This document shows positions 38,612 through 51,250 of a DNA stretch of 64,000 bases, one piece after another. Within the stretch, counting starts at the first letter, position 1, and each line of letters starts with the position of its first letter. This DNA comes from Zootoca vivipara (lineage: Eukaryota), in NCBI RefSeq assembly GCF_963506605.1, contig NC_083278.1, positions 33,108,001-33,172,000 on the forward strand, written 5' to 3'. The position numbers were made by a program, and so were the translations under genes. Under the pieces are notes generated by a model that saw only the letters and a list, made by a program, of their open reading frames with translations, made no database searches and had not been told where the DNA came from.

Positions 38612-39659
38612 CCTTGTCCATGGAGTTTTCTTGGCAGGGATACTGGAGTGGCTTGCCAGTTCCTTCTCCAGGTGGATCACGTTTAGTCAAAACTCTCCAC
38701 TATGACCTGTCCATCTTGGGTGGCCCTGCATGGCATAGCTCATAGCTTCTCTGAGTTATTCAAGCCCCTTCGCCACGACAAGGCATTGATCCATGAAGGG
38801 GATCAAGCAAAAGGCTGGACTAGATGAATCCCAAGCCGAAATTAAGATTGCCGGAAGAGATATCAATAACCTCAGATATGCAGATGACACAACCTTGATG
38901 GCAGAAAGTGAGGAGGAATTAAAGAACCTTTTAATGAGGGTGAAAGAGGAGAGCGCAAAATGTGGTCTGAAGCTCAACATCAAAAAAACCAAGATCATGG
39001 CCACTGGTCCCATCACCTCCTGGCAAATAGAAGGGGAAGAAATGGAGGCAGTGAGAGATTTTACTTTCTTGGGCTCCTTGATCACTGCAGATGGTGACAG
39101 CAGTCACAAAATTAAAAGACGCCTGCGTCTTGGGAGAAAAGCAATGACAAACCTAGACAGCATCTTAAAAAGCAGAGACATCACCTTGCCTACAAAGGTC
39201 CGTATAGTTAAAGCTATGGTTTTCCCAGTAGTGATGTATGGAAGTGAGAGCTGGACCATAAAGAAGGCTGATCGCCGAAGAATTGATGCTTTTGAATTAT
39301 GGTGCTGGAGGAGACTCTTGAGAGTCCCATGGACTGCAAGAAGATCAAACCTATCCATTCTTAAGGAAATCAGCCCTGAGTGCTCACTGGAAGGACAGAT
39401 CGTGAAGCTGAGGCTCCAATACTTTGGCCACCTCATGAGAAGAGAAGAATCCTTGGAAAAGACCCTGATGTTGGGAAAGATTGAGGGCACTAGGAGAAGG
39501 GGACGACAGAGGACGAGATGGTTGGACAGTGTTCTCGAAGCTACAAACATGAGTTTGACCAAACTGCGGGAGGCAGTGCAAGACAGGAGTGCCTGGCGTG
39601 CTATGGTCCATGGGGTCACGAAGAGTCGGACACGACTAAACAACTAAACGACAACAACA
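38612..39659 (+). mobile_element. BovB (RTE) LINE derivative: inverted 5' UTR block plus 3' RT half
   Basis: 13-bp TSD AAGGCTCTTATAT (38599-38611 / 39660-39672); (CAA)n-type tail; RT C-terminal ORF. Confidence 0.92.
38793..39647 (+). pseudogene. Truncated BovB reverse transcriptase ORF (284 aa, no endonuclease or N-terminal RT motifs)
   Basis: NNLRYADDTTL, GLKLNIKKTKIM, VMYGSESWT, DAFELWCWRRLLRVPW, KLRLQYFGHLMRR motifs. Confidence 0.9.
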
Positions 39660-39880
39660 AAGGCTCTTATATGCTAATAGTAGTATGTCGAACTTAGCCT
39701 GGTAAGAAATTCTCAGCCAGTAAAGATTTCTGAGCAGATGTGTTCTATGCTGAAAAAGTCTCACCTTTTATTTCAGAAAGTACGTTCCATAAATTAGATT
39801 GATTAATAAAATGATCAGGGGTGAATATACTGCCATCGATTTCAATATCAGTCTTTCTCCCTTTCCGTATATCCACATTT

Positions 39881-39921
39881 TAGATTACATTTAGATGCAG
39901 GGTGTATCTAAATGTAATCTA
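39881..39921. repeat. 41-bp inverted repeat
   Basis: TAGATTACATTTAGAT-GCAGGGTGT-ATCTAAATGTAATCTA with 16-bp perfect arms. Confidence 0.9.
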
Positions 39922-41908
39922 CAATCTGGGAGGAGAACTAGATTCTGATAACTAGGCCAACCTTGACTAAGCTAAGTATAACTTTGGCTTTGTGGTTTGG
40001 TTGTGTTAAATGTTTCATAGTGTTTATTAAAATATTCACTTTTTCCTCTCCTCAGATCTGAAGAAAAGGATTCAATTATTTTTCTCACAGATGCCTTCTA
40101 AAACAACCCCCTGCTGATTCAACCAAGGTTTATTCAACCATGTGCTCACACCTCCACATTTATATTAAAATTTCACATTTAGGACCTCTATTTTTAAACT
40201 TGCTTTTGTCACACACTTTAGACAAAAGGCCTCCTATTAAGAGAAAGCCCCAAAAGACTTGCTAATAATTTTATTAAAATGTACGCTAACATTTCTGTAG
40301 CTTCTTAGAAGCACAGTGTTACAATGACAATAGGACATTGTAAATTTTCACTTCAGTGGCATCCCACCCCCCTTTTAATCTGCCTTTAAAATATATTTAA
40401 CAGAACCTGAAGTCTACACAGTGTGGATAATGAAATACCATTGCAGCTTATGAATGGGGGGAGGAAAGCTTTCTTATTTTATTTTGTACAACTTCTGCTC
40501 ACTCCTTGAGGAATAAAAAGCAAGATATGTTAATGACACTTCATTCAAAAACCTTCGCATCACAAAAGGGAGAAATCTAGCTAGAATACGTGTTGCAATA
40601 AAGCTAGATAGTATATAATAAAGGGGACTTTTTATTTTTCTCAAGTATATAGAAGTTCGTGGAAAGTGAAAGGGTTGATTAAATAGAAAAGTATCTTAAA
40701 AATCTACCTGTCTTTAAGTGCTTACCTTACATGCCATGATTTGGAAAGGATATTGCAAGTTGAATTATTTAATAACCATCTATTCCAAGTGCATATTATG
40801 TCACAATCTTCCCACTTCCATTCTCTGGGTTGTGTGGGTGGGGAGGATGCAGACATGAGTGATCAGGATTCCATGTAATTCTAGACTTTTGTAAAATTGG
40901 CTGGAGGGGGTGATGGGAAGGCAGATGAGATTTGGTTGCATGGGCTCGGGCATATCTCCAGAAGCCAAGTTTTGACATTTGGGACATAGCATGTCAAACA
41001 TATATGTAAGGGAGCACCTGGGGAGATGGGCCATTTGCACCTTTTAACAACTCAGGATGGTGGAAGTGAAATGTGAGAGCTGGGTGAGATATTCAATCTT
41101 CCATCAGGGAAGAATTTCAGTCTTTGTGAATAGAGGATGCTTGAAGCATGGCAATAACTTTGCTATGTAATGGAGAAGATAGGCCATTCTACCAAATGTG
41201 CTTGATTCTTAAAGTAACGGGCTATTGATTCTCCAGCTTTTATCCACAGTGATTCTGACTCCCACCATGTGCACATGATACACTGGGCTACCCTGGGCTT
41301 CATTGAGAAAGCAATAAACGTGCTGGGTCAGCTAACCACATAGGCACAACCACATGACCAGAAGGCACCAGACTGACTCCTGCTGGCGTTTGCACCATGT
41401 TGTGCTCCTTGCCACCTCACCCCCTCTCCCGTCTGGTAAGCAGCAACAAGCCTGGAAGCTAAAATTCAGGCTCTTCCTCACCTGGTGAACAGTTTCTGCA
41501 AAATACTATACTAGTAGTGTGAGTTGGACTTCGGTTTATTTGTGGAATATTGTCTCTTTATGGCAAGGACTCTGAGTGACTAACTTCATCCCACAACAAG
41601 ACAGACAATGGAAGTCAGCTGCCACCCAGCTAGAATTTTTAAAATCCAGCTAGAAATTTATGGTTGTCAGAATGAGAGCACAGAAAAGCAGAAACATTCT
41701 AGCTGGCTGATTTTAGCAATTAGTGGCTGCTTGACTGCAGTCATTATGTACATTTAGATACAACTTGCAGGTACTCAAGAGCATCTGGGTTTCTTCTGTT
41801 TACTTTGCGTGCTGCGGTGTCTGGCACTGTAGTTTTGTGCCTTTATGGAAATCATGAGGCACAATGAAAATGTGCTTCCTCTCTTTCTGTTGCTTTGCTT
41901 TCCAACAT

Positions 41909-42148
41909 AGAAGAGTTTGGATTTGATATCCCGCTTTATCACTGAAGGAGTCTCAAAGCGGCTAACAATCTCCTTTCCACTCCTCCCCCACAACAAACAC
42001 TCTGTGAGGTGGGTGGGGCTGAGAGACTTCAGAGGAGTGGGACTAGCCCAAGGTCACCCAGCAGCTACATGTGGAGGAGCGGAGACGCGAACCCGGTTCC
42101 CCAGATTACAAGTCTACCGCTCTTAACCACTACACCACACTGGCTCTC
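41909..42148 (-). mobile_element. tRNA-derived CORE-type SINE with L2-like tail (Squam3-like)
   Basis: Reverse complement GAGAGCCAGTGTGGTGTAGTGGTTAAGAGC...GGGTTCG...GGGTGACCTTGGGCTAGTC...AGCCGCTTTGAGACTCC...AAAGCGGGATATCAAATCCAAACTCTTCT. Confidence 0.85.
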
Positions 42149-44596
42149 TGTACTGAATGGTAGGATTGAAAGGGCAGAATTGGTGACATCACTGAAACCT
42201 AAGGAAAATCCTTGCATGTAGATAATTAGCATATCAGAGGGAAATGTTAAGTTCATTTATAGTGCCAGGTTCAGAGGGGAACACATCCCCCCCCTTCCCT
42301 GTAGCCCAGGATGGTGCATTGCAGGAAAATGTTGACTACCTGATTCTAAACTGAACTGGCAAATAACAATTCAAGTCCCCCTACAGCTGGACTGATGTTC
42401 TACCGCATAGCAACAACAACAACACCACAATCACCTGCATTCCGAAGCTGAAGAGAATTAAACCTGATCTGCAAATTCCTGCTCAGGAATTTCCAGAAAT
42501 CAAATACTCAAAGATCATCAGTTGATTACAAATAATTATTACAATAATTATTGTATTAACAATGGAGTTGGAATATCTGTTAAATAAGAGGGTTCCAAAT
42601 CTCAGCCCCCCCCCCCAAAAAAATCCAAAATGACTGGTGTGTCGTAGAATCATTAGATAAAGTAGCAAATATATGGGTATTTTGAGGGATCATGAGCACA
42701 AGTTCCACAAAAACCTGCCTTTCTTAATGGAATACCATCCCAACAATCAATAATTCTTCAGAGAGAAAAAAACACCATATTGCTTTATTTGGTCTGAAAG
42801 CTCTTTGACAGAATCCCCAAAATGAAATAGTCCACTTCTGAAGGAGCCCCTGGCAATGAAATATTGTTTAGAGAGGTCACCTTCATAATATGAAAAATCA
42901 TCACAACTGAAAATCCAATCTGCCAGTGAAGAACCCTTCAGAATTCCCTTGATATATTAAATCTTTGAATATGCAGGATTGACTCCCGCTTCCACTACAA
43001 TGTCCCCAACTTGCTTCTTGAAGGAATTCTCCCAAAGTAATGAGTCAGAAGAAATGAAACCTCTAGGGCAGGAAAAGCTTCTTCAACTGAGAATCTTCTC
43101 GTTGTGCCATGAATTTTTCAGAGGGGAGCAGGGGCCAGTCAAGGAATTTCACCCCATTTTTATTTATTCTTCTCGATATAACAGCACACCTGCACCAATG
43201 ATTCGGAATAACTCTAAATAATGCAAGCAGCGACATGGGAAGAGTCTAAGCAAAGCAGGCTTCCTGAATAACAAGCTGCTGTGAAAACAGAGACTTATTC
43301 ATGCTTCTGATAATAATCTCCTTTCAGAAGCAAGGCAATTATTCCCTCCACAAGGACTTGTAGCTTACCAATCATCAACCCCTGAAAGTATGAAGTAGCA
43401 GCCACCCCAGCAGCCTAAGGAACTTCCACAGCTGACAAAAAGCAGACATTTGCAAATAGGATTTGTCAAGGTCTCCTTAAAAGGACAAACTGAAATAAAC
43501 ACCCACCAAGACTAAATGCTACACAATTTCAAAAAGAATTTACTATGGCTGGAGCAGGGGTTTTTTGGGGGGGGGAGGAGGAGGGGAGACTTCAAAAAAG
43601 TAAGTTCTATATATACTGCCTTTCTTTTATATGCAGAAGGGATATGCAGCTTTCACCTTTAGTCCATCATCTGAAATATGTTTGTTGGTCTAATAGGCCA
43701 TATATTTTCAGAATAAATACATTTTTAACATTTGCAATTAAATTCACATACAGATCACTTCTTGTGCAAAAAGGTTCTAATTTTTGCTTAAGCTGCTTTG
43801 GCCAAGAATGTGTGGCCCTATTCTGCAAACGACATGTATTTGAAATTCAATACGTATTAGATTTAATACTGATGACACATTTTAGACCAGAGTAGCAAAA
43901 GGTTCCTGCAAACACCAGCGTTGGTAAGTTGAATTTTTAAATTAGGTATCTTAATTTGCATGAAATTTTGTTTGCATTGCATGTTGCAAATTGATTGAAA
44001 AAGACTCAAAATGTAAGATGGCAACATTAGCAGTGGTATCTGTATTAGCAAGCATCTCGTTATCAATCTTTCATATATGCTGCAGTAACTAACCTACAGC
44101 ACATAGATTAAAATGGAAATTACACAATATGCAATACTTGCTAATGGCAATGAACAAACAGGATAATTGATGTGGGGATTTAGGGACCACATATGCATCT
44201 CCCTTTTTTCCTGAGGAAATAGCTGTATTTTGTAATGTTTTAGAATTTGTATATTCAGGCTTGCCATATGGCAAGCTCCTGCAGTCCTGACTTTTCTACT
44301 GAATGAAAACCCTGGGGACACATCCCTGTTGCTTAGGTTCTTATGTGTCAAAATAACGTTAATTTTAGCTGAAGGTGAATGTCTGCCATTGAAAGCCATT
44401 TTGCTTAATAATTAAATAACAGTTTCTTTTTAGTTCTGTGCTGAAACGGTGTCCTCCAATTTCTGGAAAGTTTTCTTCCTCAACAGAATAGGCTTCTTTT
44501 TCCTCTGCTTTATCTCTAATATGCTTTAGATTTTATTTTATTTTTGTAAATTTCGTTGTGTGAGATTGAGCTTATCATTGCAAGGTGGCTGAGAGT

Positions 44597-44597
<1 letters not shown>

Positions 44598-44647
<50 letters not shown>
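44598..44647. repeat. (GT)n microsatellite
   Basis: Directly visible. Confidence 0.95.
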
Positions 44648-44649
<2 letters not shown>

Positions 44650-45124
44650 CCCCTTTCCATTACAATGCACTCATCGATTTTGTTTGGAGCAGAAGCCCTT
44701 CCTTACATTTTTTTTTAAAAAAAAATACATTTTAAGAAAAAAATATTTAAAAAATAACCATGAACGTCTGCCAGGTGTATTATAGACATCTTCCCTGACT
44801 GTCTGCACTTATAGAAAAGCATCAATGAGGAGGCCATGGGCTTTTTAGGAAGTACAGACACCTAGGAGGGATGCATAATGCAAACAGCTAGAGAGGATGA
44901 TTGCAAAATGACTGGAAGGACACCTGCAAATCTCAAAAGTAACATAAGCACAACAAAAAACCTTGCAACCCACCCATGAGAATTTCATTGACTCTTTCTC
45001 TCCCCTAATTCTCAGAGGCAATTCCTCTTCCAATTAACACAGAATGGCTAAAAAAATGCAGAATAAATTTCTGGCATAGTACTGCCATAACTTCCTCTTA
45101 ACTAAGGTTGAATTCCATCCCCAG

Positions 45125-45845
45125 GTAGAACAGCCTTCAGTCAGACTACAAGGAGACGAGGACAACAACAGTTTTAAGTGGGATGATCAGATGGGAGATA
45201 AAGAAAAGTATTTTAAACTGGGCACTACCTTTGCAGCAAGTCAGTATGTCAGATCCAAAGTTCAAAGTCCCAGGGCCAATCCACACAAGCAAAGTCCAAA
45301 ATCCAAAGGTCAGGAAATGCAGTCCAGGGTCAATCCAGGTAGCTAAGTTTGAAGTCCAGCAGTCAGGAGACAGTCAAGCCTGAAGCTTACTCCCATAGAG
45401 GTGCAGGAACAGTCAAGTCAAGGCCCATCAGCATGAGCAGCTAAGCAGACACCGCACTTCAGCTTTGCTGCGCCTCTCTACCTTGCATGCTGATGGCAGC
45501 ACCTGGGCTTGATAAGGCATGTGACCCTCACCTGTTTCAAGCCTAATCCAGCTGAGGAATCACACACCTTCTTGCAGAGCTAACAAGCTCCACCTGGCCA
45601 GCTAGGGAGCTGGGCTGTGGGACCTTGCCTGCCTCAATCTCCTCCCACTGTCCCTATACCTCAAAGCCCACCATATTCAGGGAGATCTTGATCTGGTTCC
45701 TGTGCATTGGTCCCTATCCCCTCGTCATCCTCTGAGAGTACTACTTCCTCCCCCATCCCTGATTTCCCTGGTGTGTGCCAGTCCTGGCTACACCCTTTAT
45801 CAGGATCCCCTTCCTCCTCACTTTGTGAAATTTCAGTCCTATTAG
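45125..45845 (-). mobile_element. Possible old Gypsy-type LTR remnant
   Basis: Recurrent AAGTCCA/ATCCAAAG/GGTCAATCC motifs and a purine-rich minus-strand 5' half, as in squamate LTRs; ends unresolved. Confidence 0.3.
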
Positions 45846-46176
45846 TAGTGGCCAGTGGGTGGGGCTGCATTGTTCCGCCATCTTCCCCGATGCTGCCCAT
45901 CATTGCCGCTCACAGAGAGGAGAGGGGCAAGGGAGCGGGAGCTTACCACTGTGTGGGCACAGCAGCAGAGCCAATCCAATGCTGTGCCTGCACCTTGCCA
46001 ACCTTCCAGCTGCCTTTCCCCTTTCCCTCTCCCTCTTGGTAACCGGCAGTCATGCACAGTGTTTGAAAGACAGGTGAGCATTGCAGCCCCACCTGTGTAG
46101 TCCTGCTGGCCACAGTTGAGGACTATACCCAAACTATATGGGGACTGATTCACTTTCACTGTTGCTCACAAAAGGA

Positions 46177-46696
46177 GGACATTCTGGAGGCAATTATTTA
46201 CCTGTGAGAGAAACTGGCAAATTAGAGCAGTGCCATGAAATTAGGGACGTTGGAATGTATGGTAAAAGGTAAAGGGGCCCCTGACCATTAGGTCCAGTCG
46301 TGACCGACTCTGGGGTTGCGTGCTCATCTGGCATTATTGGCCGAGGGAGCCGGCGTACAGCTTCCAGGTCATGTGGCCAGCATGACAAAGCTGCTTCTGG
46401 CAAACCAGAGCAGCACATGGAAACGCCGTTTACCTTCCTGCTGTAGCGGTTCCTATTTATCTACTTGCATTTTGACGTGCTTTCGAACTGCTAGGTTGGC
46501 AGGAGCTGGGACCAAGCAACAGGAGCTCACCCCGTCACAGGGATTCAAACCGCCGACCTTCTGATCAGCAAGCCCTAGGCTCAGTGGTTTAGCCCACAGC
46601 GCCACCTGGGACATTCTGGAGGCAATTATTTACCTGTGAGAGAAACTGGCAAATTAGAGCAGTGCCATGAAATTAGGGACGTTGGAATGTATGGTA
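46177..46696. repeat. Perfect 88-bp direct repeat (46177-46264 / 46609-46696) flanking the Sauria SINE
   Basis: GGACATTCTGGAGGCAATT...GTTGGAATGTATGGTA is identical on both sides. Confidence 0.95.
46265..46608 (-). mobile_element. Sauria SINE, near full length
   Basis: Tail AAAGGTAAAGGGGCCCCTGACC to head AGCCCACAGCGCCACC; homologous to 14261-14586. Confidence 0.92.
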
Positions 46697-47650
46697 GCAT
46701 CACCTTACTCCCTGTAATTCCTATGAAGCTAACTGGTGGCTTTTCGTGGAAATGCCAGCCCATGGAATGTTATTTGCCAGCCCTTATATTTCTAGCCTCA
46801 AAGCTTATGCTAGTGTTAAGAATATAAACAGATAGTCATTTACAATGAATTTCACTGTTGTTTCAATATTTGCATTTCCACCCCTAAACCTGTTTTTTTG
46901 TAAAAGTCGTCTAACGGGTGTTTGAATTTTCTGACTTACTCATAGCAGCAGTTCCTAAGCACACACAGTATTTGACATCAGCTTTGTTTGGTGGTATCAT
47001 CTATTGAAAGACGTGAATAGCCTCCAAGGCTTTTTGGGATGTCAACTGAATTTGCAAGGACAGAATAATATTGAGCTGTCATGATGGCTGAGGAGGCCAG
47101 GATGAAGTCCCTGCTGCTGTACCCCTTAAATTAGCTAGGAGCCATTTTTTTTTTAAAAAAAATACACACAGGGAACACTTGAACAGTCTTCTGTGCATCA
47201 ATATTCCTGCGAGCCAGAAAGCCTGAAGTCTTTACTGCTGCCACCAGTGAATTCATTTTCCACCCATTTATGCTGTCATGCAAGCACTTTCCATTTCACT
47301 TTCCCGGAATACAAACAAAAGCAAATGCTACAGACTAAAACAGTATAGATTTTTGCACTTTGCTTTTAATGGTGAAGATTATTGATATTCTGATTACACT
47401 GCATTTATTAACCATAATTCATTTAAACTACACAATAACAGATTTGGCCAAGTTAATTACATTCATGATATACAGCGTGAAACTGTATGGCTATTTCACA
47501 CTTTCCTCTGAAAAAGTATTCTCAGAGTTATCATGTTGTACAATTGGCTTATAAAGAGAAGTGCACCAATAAATATTTTTTTCAAGAACACAGAGAGGCT
47601 GTGGGTTTAGTTTCTCGGCAGGATATATATAAATATTTATATATAATTAT

Positions 47651-47693
47651 ATTTAAAGCACACCACTGAAAATCAAATTGAATACATGTTGCT

Positions 47694-47747
<54 letters not shown>

Positions 47748-47790
47748 AGCAACATGTATTCAATTTGATTTTCAGTGGTGTGCTTTAAAT
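47651..47790. repeat. Perfect 140-bp palindrome centred on (TA)23
   Basis: 47651-47700 is the exact reverse complement of 47741-47790; the centre is self-complementary (AT)n. Confidence 0.95.
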
Positions 47791-48424
47791 TAAAGTGGAA
47801 CTTCATGTAGATTAGAATAATTTCCCCTACCAGATGTTCATGTCTCTCTTCTTCTTCAACTATATTTTTAAACATAAGTACCAATTCCATTCATGGGGAC
47901 AGAGGAAGAGATGTATGAAGCCAGCCAATGGTTGCAAAACATAACTGGTAAAACAAGCTACAGCACTTTGGGTGCCTAATTGCACACACACTAGTCCTGC
48001 TGTTTAGCACCAGCACTGTGTTAGGCACAATACATCACAAAGAAGTTTTATGATCTATCAGTAGAGAAGCAGGCACTCTCTAGAGGAAGACAGCATCTCA
48101 ATTCACATGTTTAGAGGGGGTCCTGCAGATCCAACTCCCCCTCTGCTTGCATGGCTCATGTAACATGGAAGCTCCAGTAAGAGATTTGGAGGTATAAAAT
48201 TTGCAGAACTCTTCCCCTCAAAAAATTGGGAGAAACGTCATGCCAATTTGGCTTTCAAGTAAACAGGATTTATGCATGGAACAGCTGTGCTACACCTTGT
48301 AATATGGTAAACTGCCCCGTGATCCTCGGATGAAGGGCAGTACAGAAAAATAAAAATAAAAATATTAATAAATAATAGCTAAGTTGTGAACTATCTTTCT
48401 TGTGGTACTTGGATCAATGTTCAT

Positions 48425-48665
48425 GTTACCTGTAAGGCTTGTCTTTGTGAAGATGGCTCAGAAGCTTCACCCACCACATAATACTGCACTTCACCCACTG
48501 ATTGGAATCGACTTCATTGACAGTTCTCTGCCCCTTCCTGTTTAGCTGCATTGGCTTCCTATTATATTCCAGACATAGTTCAAGGTGCTTGTGTTCTTGG
48601 CACCTATGCAATTTAGGGAGCACTGTGCTGGTCTGTCATATTTGCAGTGAAGGCATTTCTCCCAG
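48425..48665 (+). mobile_element. Degenerate L2 ORF2 fragment
   Basis: KMAQKL...LHWLPIIFQT*FKVLV motif. Confidence 0.6.
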
Positions 48666-48939
48666 TCCTGTGAGAAATTGGAGACTACAGAGTAATGTGC
48701 CTTCTTCATAGCGATGGAGCAACACGCCACTCTACTTTTACCCCCCTCCATCCTTAGAAACCTACAGGGGGAAGGCGTGCTTTGGCTAAAACTGGGAAGA
48801 CTCATCTCAGAAAGGATATTGTAGAGATGGAAAATTTCCAGAAAGGGCAATTGAAATGACTGAGGAGATGCAGCAACTTCTCTGTGACTTACATTTGGAG
48901 CTTTTAGAGAAAGGCGAGGAAGATGAGGCATGGCAGAAG

Positions 48940-49330
48940 TATATGGTGCAGACTAAGTGGGACAAGGTGGTGAGGGCTGTAGCCTGGGAAGAAATCTGTG
49001 GCTTGTTGATGAAGCATAACCAGGGGAGAGTCCTGAGGGCTAGATACAGAAACATTCAGTCCTCAGGACTTCGATTCCCTACTTGTGTGTTAAGTGATAG
49101 CCAGGTTAGTTTGGGTCTTATAGTTATAGCTTTTGCGCAGGTTCTCTTTTATTTGCTTGTGTTCTTTTGGTGGTGAGAGAGAGATTGGGGTTGGCCTAGG
49201 GTGTGGTTGTTCATTTGTGATTAGCTGTGGTGGTCTTTATTTATATGTGTGAGTGGGGTGGGTGGATCAGGTTAGCCATATTGATTTGTATGCTGTCGGT
49301 AAAATTTTGTCATTGTCATGTTGGGCTGTT
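48940..49330 (-). mobile_element. Probable LINE (L1/Tx1-type) 3' region fragment
   Basis: AC-rich minus strand (CAGCATACAAATCAATATGGCTAACCTGATCC...) recalled as a lizard LINE 3' region; not verified. Confidence 0.35.
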
Positions 49331-50036
49331 TATATTTATGGCTTTGTTAGCTTTCTAGACATTTTTTTTTTCTTGTGTGAGAGATGCTTAATTATTTGAA
49401 CTGCACTAACTCAATAAAAAAAATGTGTTAATCATTTTTTCTTAGTGAAATTAATTGTTGAATTCCCTGCATGAAGGCATATGGCTACATTTTGCTCTAT
49501 GAGCCCACCACGCAAACATCATTGAAGCCATTGTGAGTTTTATTGTGTGCAGAAAGGCAGACTTTGCCCCTTTGTGACTTTAAAGAAAGTACTGGATGTA
49601 GGTGGTGTTCAGCATGCATTGAAATGTCAGCAAGGAAGGGAACAAAAGAACACAGTGACAGCTAGTCTGACTAGAAGGTTATACTTCAGACATTGTCATA
49701 TGCCCTGTCACTAGCTGCTATTTTTGTAAAATCTTCTATAAGCAAAGTAGCCTTTGAGCTAAATGCATCTACAGAGAGTAAAATTCAATTATTTCCTGCA
49801 CTTAAAAAGTCTTCCCTTGGACACAATGATCAATTTATCAAACGGTGGGAGGTGGGAGAAGTAATCTGACCTCAACTTAGTTGTGGGCAGTGTGACTATC
49901 AAGAATTGAGTGAGAGAGCTATCTGCTCTTTTTCCAGCTGCGTGCTAAAGGGTTCCATTTATACGATGGCATCGTGCCATGTTAACTATAGTATAAACAT
50001 GCACACCTTTTCAAAAATTACACATTTTCATTAAGG

Positions 50037-50160
50037 CAAGGATGGGGAAACCTGTGGCCCTCCAATATTGATGGATTCCAACTCCTGCCCTACCCAGTTC
50101 TCATGGCCAATGGTCAGGGCTGATGGCAGCTGTAATCCAGCCTTTTCTGAGGGCCACAAA
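50037..50160. mobile_element. Degenerate palindromic hAT-type MITE
   Basis: CAAGGATGGGGAAACCTGTGGCCCTCC...GAGGGCCACA, same family as 28369. Confidence 0.65.
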
Positions 50161-50639
50161 CCGCAAACCCTCTATCTTATCCTGGGGTGAGTACCTTCCA
50201 GACAGCACGGCCAATAGTTGGGATGATGGGAGTCGTAGTTTAGCCCAGGCCCCCCATCTTTGTCTTGCCCTATGAAATATACCTAGTCTCTGCTTTTCAA
50301 GCTTTCTTATATTACTTTTTTATTTTTACACCACTTAAAAAAACAACTTCGAGAACTTAGTATTCTAGGATGACCAATAAATATTGCAAAAACAACAACA
50401 ACCTCACAACAACCTGTAGATGGGACCTGCATTTCTTCCAAATCTCAGAGGCATGCTCCAGGGAGTGGCAGCTAGCTGCAGCTCACTGACATTTATGTAT
50501 TTATTTAGTATATTTGTACACCACCCTTCAGTATTACTGCTTCTAACATGGCTCACAAGTCAATGAAAACAGATATAAAACAATGAAATGGCATATGATC
50601 AGTTTAAAATGGCTGAATTGTACCTTAGGAGCTCCACGT

Positions 50640-51250
50640 TCCGGCTTTCATTGTTCACACACTTACAAACACTGGCAGAGTACTTTGGTATTGTGGTTGC
50701 CTCATAATATGTAAAGCATATCTCTAAGGAGATGAGTAACAAAGACTACACGTTAAGATTATGGGGACATTTCTGATTGCAGATCATACTTATGCATTTA
50801 AGCAGAGTTGTAGAGAGAAGAGATTCAAAGACAGGCTGTGTGAGAGAAGCAGGCTGTGATAAGGGATTTAAAAGATAAGAAAGAAGTGACAGACATTCAT
50901 TTTTCTGAGACAAAATTCGAGGCACAAGGGGCAATAATGAAGGAGGGAAAAAAGATGAGTTGCAAGACCAGTAATTGTACGTAGGTACATTAGAAGAATC
51001 ATAACAGGAACAAGATAATGTCACAGATTGCCTTTAAAGTAACAACAAGGATGTAGAAGGAGGCAGGGGAATTAGTGTAGGTAACTGAGGAGAAGCTAGA
51101 CATGGAATATCAGAGGCAAAAGTTAGTAATTTAATTTGGCAGTTGAGTTTCAGACAGAGGTGAGGGTAGTGAGGTGTGATAAGGAATGGCCAGAGGCAAG
51201 ATGATTGCAGTCAATGAGATGACAGGTGACTGCCACAGCATGAGGCAGAG
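50640..51250 (-). mobile_element. Ancient L2 RT remnant
   Basis: Minus-strand residues resembling L2 NYRPIS...LLNPLQSGF...STETAL; highly decayed. Confidence 0.35.

Noticed and set aside
39104-39643. 179-aa minus-strand ORF (and the 158-aa ORF at 60192-60668)
   Set aside because: Antisense shadow frames of the BovB RT sequence.
38793-39647. Retron or other bacterial RT system
   Set aside because: The motifs, tail and TSD are those of the BovB/RTE non-LTR retrotransposon.
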